Assembly: GCF_009914755.1 (NCBI RefSeq)
Contig: NC_060931.1
Source: the human T2T-CHM13v2.0 reference genome, Homo sapiens
Direction: 5' to 3' (one strand)
DNA: 64,000 nt
This document shows positions 54,881-64,000 of this stretch, piece by piece. The notes below the pieces were generated by a model. It ran no database searches, was not told the DNA's origin, and was given only the letters and a program-made list of their open reading frames with translations. The translations under genes were made by a program, and so were the position numbers. Within the stretch, counting starts at the first letter, position 1; each line of letters begins with the position of its first letter.

Positions 54881-55309
54881 GGATCCAGAGGCAGGGGCAG
54901 CCCCAGCTGACCCCTCTGGGCTCTAATTTAACTATCTGTTGGGGTTCACCGGAGGCAGATGTCCCTCTTTCACCACAAGTCTCAGGGGTTCTTTAAGGAC
55001 TTCATAAAAACAAAGGATTAACTGCAGATGACTAAGCCCACATGATGGAAACAGAATCAGGTACAGTAAATAATGAACGTAGACAGGATTAGATTCCTAC
55101 AAATAATACATTGTGTTCTCCTGCTCTTCATTGGCAATCATCCCCAGTAGGGAATCAGTGGAACTCTTTGAGTGGCCAAGGAAAACATCTCCATGTGCCC
55201 AGGATAGCCTGGGTGGGCTCCTGGAGGAGGCAACCCTTGAGCAGAAAGCCGAAGAGCAATCTGGCCTTTGCAAATGGAGAAAGAGTGGATGCATCAGCAG
55301 AGAGGAGAG

Positions 55310-55484
55310 TGGGCTGGGACAAGGGTGAGAGAAGGAAGCAAGCACCTAGGCCCAAAATTTAAGAAGGCCCTCACTCTCAGGGTTGTACAAGAGCAGGGGT
55401 GGCACTTGTACAGCCCTGAGAGTGAGGACCTCCTTAAATTTTGTACCCTAGGTTTGTTCTTGCCTCTCCTTTGTCTTGGCCCTA
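55310..55484. mobile_element. MER96-like palindromic hAT MITE
   Basis: ~175 bp self-complementary: aaaatttaag..ctcactctcagggttgtacaag..cttgtacagccctgagagtgag..cttaaatttt. Confidence 0.78.
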
Positions 55485-56249
55485 GAGAAAAGCCTGGGAA
55501 AAAGCCCAGAACGGTGAAACGACATGGCGTAACTAGGAACGTGTGAGTCATGCAAGATTGCCCAAGCCTAATTTAGGGACAGAGATGACTTACAGTGAGG
55601 CTAGCAGTCAAGCTGTGGCCGGATCACCAAAGACCCTAGGTGCCAAATAAAGGAGGTTAGTGCTTGAACTGAAAGTGACAGGGAGCCAAGGAAGAATTCT
55701 GAGCAGGGCTGCAACATGATGAGATTTGCATATGAGCAAGCTTCTTCTGGCATTGGTGTGGAGGACTGATTGGAGGATGATAGGAGAAGCTAGAGGCTGG
55801 GAGGCCAGTTCAGGACCCTACTGAAAACTCTATGCCCAAGGGAGAGACGACGACCTGATATAGGGCAGTGCCAGTTAGGAGTAAGAATGAAGAACTCACT
55901 CAAGACATGTGTTGAAGGCAGAGTTGACAGAACTTGGTGATTGACTGCAGATGAGGATCAAAGGAAAGACCCAAAGATAGCATGAAGTTTCAAAGATGGT
56001 CATCAATTTAGAAGCCAAGGGGGTTTATTAGACAAGATAACAAGCATGTGAAGGCAGTGATTTCAGCTTCCCCAAGTCCAAGGTAAACCCTTAGTTCTCC
56101 TGTTTTCTGTAGGATAAGCTCTCTGGAGGCTAGGATGTATCTTATTCATTTTTGTATGATATCTACTCTGTAAGTATCTTTGAACTGCATTAAGTGGCTT
56201 TCACACCTCCGCATCCTGCTCATTGGCTTTCAAGTGGCCTTAGGGGTGT

Positions 56250-56535
56250 TACTATTGTTTGAATGTTTGTCTCCTCCAAAAATCATGTTGAAATTTAATC
56301 CCCGATGTGGTAGTGTTGAGAGGTGAGGCCTGTAAGAGGTGACTGGGTCATGAGGGCAAAGCTATCATAAATGGACTCTGTGCAGAGTCCCCACCAGCAA
56401 GAAGGCCCTCACCAGATGCAACTCCTTAACCTTGGACTTCTCAGCTTCCATAACTGTAAGAAATAAATTCTTTTTCTTTATAAATTATCTAGGTTCAGGT
56501 ATTGTGTTATAAGCAACAGAAAACAAACTAAGACA
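56250..56535 (+). mobile_element. MST(C/D)-like MaLR LTR, internally deleted
   Basis: gtttgaatgtttgtctcctccaaaaatcatgttgaaatttaatcccc...gcaacagaaaacaaactaagaca. Confidence 0.82.
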
Positions 56536-57683
56536 GGTATCAAAGTCCTTTTAAAGATGGCTGTGTAGCTGGGATCAGACCAACACAGCAATGTGTTCAA
56601 ACTCCCATTCTAAACACACAGAACCTGGGGCTCTGACTTGGCCCCACGGTCTTGAGTTGAAGCCTGAAGTGTGACTGGATGTCAGGCGTGGGCTGCCCTG
56701 GGGCTTTGGGAAGTAGTGAAAGGGATAAGGTGAAGGTCAAGCAGAGTGGGGGATGTCAGGAGGCTGGGGAGGCTTGGGCTGCCAGGTGAAGTGGGCCTCA
56801 TGAAAGACAATTTGAGATCAGAATGTCAGACAGAGAGCAGGCTAGAAGGCAGCTGGCTTCTGAGCTGCAGCCTAGAAAGGCTGATTCAGCAGTGCTAGGA
56901 GGAAGTGGGAGGTTTTGTCGTCCCAGAAGCCATATCTGGAGCAAGGGGAAGTACTAAGACCACAGGGTAGCATTTGGAGCCATACACTGGGACTAACTTC
57001 CTCTGACCTAGGCAACGACAGACTGCCCCTGTGGTCAACCAGAGCCCCCAGATCCTTTTCTGTGAGCTACAATGAAGCCAGGCCTCATTCTTCTTGAACT
57101 TGAGAAGTTTAGAAAATATCTGCTTTGCCTTCACTAGCCTCCATTTTCATAAAAATAAAGCGAGTGAAAAAAGCAAGTCTGAGCGCTTTGAAACATTAAT
57201 TAAAGACACCACAGTTTCCTTATTTAACTGAGGGTTGCTACCTCATCTGGGATTATTAGCAAAGCAGAGAGCCTTTGTTGTGCTCGACAAAGTGATTAAT
57301 TCAGACTCGAGGTGAATTTTGGCTTTCTCAACTTCTTTTGATGTGCTAAGATCCCCCAATGAGGACAACGTCATCAATTACTTAAGCCATTACCTTGAGA
57401 TCACAATTATCGGGGAGGCCCAGTCTACTAATTGGCAGACAGAGAGACAGAAATGGACTACAGGGTTGTGGCTTCAACCCTTAATTGTTCTAGGGGGAGC
57501 GAGAGTCCTTTAAAATGTTTTGTGGCAATGCTCCTGCTAATCTGGGGTGATCGAGTTGTTTTTCCACCAGGCAAAATGCAGCCTGGGTGACCTGCGTCTC
57601 TAGAACCAAGAAACTGCCTGTGATTCCACTGACTTGGCGTTCTCATGGGCCAGGACACAGAACTCAGAACTGAGGGATGAGTG

Positions 57684-58389
57684 TGTCAATGGAAGAGGGA
57701 TGAGGTTCATAAAATTGGAAAGGAGAGCTTTATTTCTCATAAAGGGTTGCGGCCTTCGGGTGGCCATTCCGACAGGCTAGGAAGATATTTTGATGGAGGG
57801 GAAAAGGGAATGGGAATTTATGCAGAGCAGGGAGGCCAAATATACATATTCAATAAGCTATGGGAGGAGTCATGAATATTTATGAAAGGAGAAACATGTG
57901 CATGCGCAATTGAGCGTCATGCGCCTTCATGGGTCCCATGTAGAAAAAATGGCAGCCTTAGCATAATCTGAGGGTGGAGTTTTCGAGCCTCTGACTTCAA
58001 AAAGTGAAGCAAAGGACAGGAAAACCCTCACTGAGCATCCTCCATACAATGGCCAGAATCACTCCATAATCGGTGGTCTCGTATCAGGCAAAAGAAAGGG
58101 GCAGCATCAGGTGGCAGGTTGATGTCAGCGGTGGAGGCTTTTAACATCAGACGCTTTCAGGGCGTTATGGCGTCAACACCAATGGAGGCTTTGAAAAGGC
58201 CGCTTTCTATTTAGCCCTTAGGGGAGAAAGCATAATCATGGCTAGTGAGGGAGGGGTAGAAGGAGTGTGTCTGACTCCCCATCCCATCATGGCCAAGAAC
58301 TCAGTTTTCAAGTTTACTCTGGGGACCCCTTGGCCAAGAGATGGTCCATTCAGTCAGTTGGGGGCTTAGGATTTTATTTTTAGTTTACA
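57684..58389 (-). mobile_element. ERV1 MER4-group solo LTR (MER50-like)
   Basis: Reverse complement starts tgtaaactaaaaataaaatcctaagcccccaactgactgaatggacc; TG..CA termini; approximate 4-bp TSD agtg/agtt. Confidence 0.8.
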
Positions 58390-58991
58390 AGTTCTAGAAG
58401 CAAACATCCTACTCAAGAGGCAAATTCTCCAGCCCCTGGAAGCTGTCTTTGGGCTTCCGTGGGATGCTACATCTGGGCTTACTGTCCCCTGACACATAAG
58501 GAATTCAAGGACCAGATACAAGAGGCTGCTTTTTACATTTTAAAATATATAATCATATAATATTCTGTTTAAATAGATTTATCTTTGTTCATTTAACTAA
58601 GCCATTACTCTTTTTTTTTCTCTCCATCCTATAAAAGAGTTTTTGGGGGAAGGTTTTATGCTGCATGGATATATGTCATTGGTTTTTCTGGTGAAAGGTG
58701 GAGGAACTTTGTCTGGTTAAATTTAGTCAAATAACCAATACTTAAACAAACAAAAGCCACCCCTGAAGTGTTTCATAAATATCAGTCACTTCAAGAGTTT
58801 TATGATGTACGTCAGTTGCTTTGTTCTGTTTTCACAATAGAAACACACGTTGTGTGTGTTTTCGGATGGTGGCACTACTGTTTGCTGTACCTTCATCATT
58901 CTTCTTTAATTCTCACTGGGACAGAAGGGCAAGACACTTTCCCAGGGTCAGAATCCTGGGATTGGCTGGCTGGATTTTCTTTTCTTCTTAA

Positions 58992-62814
<3,823 letters not shown>

Positions 62815-63289
62815 TGTTTAAAATAATTCTAATGGCAAAGGATTCAATTAACAAGTCTCAAAATGGATGTAAGTTTTGCACAGGTATTCACATGGCTGAA
62901 GTACCAAACATGGTATCATGAATTAAGTGCGTAACATCTGACAACGGTAACACATGCTATTTTTGTATTATTGTGAACTCATGGATTCAAAATATATTTG
63001 ATGTGTTTTGGTCCATTGCAATTATTATTTTATGGAGCAAATTGTCCATGTATCAGTCTTGCTGGCCTGAAGTCAAGGTGTCAGGCAGGCTGGTTCCTTC
63101 TGGGGGATCCAGGGGAATATTGGTTTCTTGCCTCCTTGGTTCACGGTTGCTTTACTTTAATCTCTGCTTCCAGGCATCACGTTGCCCAAAGTAAATGAGG
63201 TGGGGATGTATAATCCTCCAACTGGGAGGGACAGTCATGTCTTAACCCATTATGCAATCTACTGTGTCTCAAGTGTTTCTGACTTGAGA

Positions 63290-64000
63290 AGTTGGTGGAT
63301 TGTGGTTGCAATGGTGATGTAGAGATGATTGGGAGACAACAGATTTAGTGGGTAAATTAAAATCAGATTTAGATTAACTGTAAAATGCCTAACAGACATT
63401 CAAAGCATCCATCAAGTTGGAAGTTGGGTAAGGAGGACTGGAGCTCAGTGGAGAAAATGGAACTAGAGTTAAAGATGTGGAATTATTGACTTTTAGATGG
63501 TATTGAAGTGATGGGACTCAACATAAGGAAAGGAGCCAGCAAAGACAGTGAGGAGCAATCTTTGAGGCAGGAGGAGTGGTATCATGGAAAGAGGGAAGAG
63601 AGTGCTTCAGGAAGGAGGAATGTTCATCTCTATCAAAATCCTACTGAAGGATCAGTAAAGAAATAATGGGATTGATAAGATCAAAGTCATCAATGATCTT
63701 GACAAGGGCAGCCCCAAGGAAGCTGTGGGTACAGAAGCTTAGTTGGAGTGGGGGGAGGAGAGACTAAGGGCACAGAAGGGGAGGAAGCCATCTAGACAAT
63801 GCTTTCAAGGAAACTTACTGGGAAGGAATGAAGAAAAATAAGGCAATGGCCAAATCCAAGGAGTTTGCCTTTTTTCCTTTAAGATGGAAGACACTGGAAT
63901 ATGTATGCTGATAGGAATGATCCAGTAGAAATGGAGAAATCAATGCAACAGGAAGGAACAATAATTGAGAATAATGAGTAAGGACAAGGAGCAAAACTAA
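63290..64000 (-). mobile_element. L2 ORF2 fragment
   Basis: Purine-rich reverse complement of L2 (ggagctcagtggagaaaatggaactagagttaaagatgtgg..., atcctactgaaggatcagtaaag). Confidence 0.7.

Overview
Human/primate genomic DNA. It contains the proximal promoter and first coding exon of TBXAS1 (thromboxane A synthase 1, CYP5A1; + strand, ATG at 30681/30684, donor after 30772). About 30 kb of upstream sequence and about 33 kb of intron 1 surround it; exon 2 is not in the window. Most of the rest is interspersed repeat: Alu, L1PB, L1M, L2, L3, MIR, a full THE1 MaLR element, MST/MLT1/MLT2/MER50-like LTRs and several DNA-transposon MITEs. The most striking signal is about 7 kb of minus-strand sequence (~10.2-17.2 kb) that decodes, once younger insertions are removed and frameshifts allowed, into two collinear decayed transposase frames. 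One is Academ(X)-like (DDE + XPG/PIN nuclease + Cys-rich finger), a superfamily I do not know from the human repeat catalogue. The other is hAT/ZBED-like and is preceded by a strong splice acceptor. Together they may be the fossil of a lost domesticated or chimeric gene. Also notable: the TBXAS1 promoter and exon 1 sit between ~1.37-kb inverted L1PB arms that share one internal deletion, and several short locally templated duplications are present. All repeat-family and domain calls come from remembered consensus motifs, not database searches.
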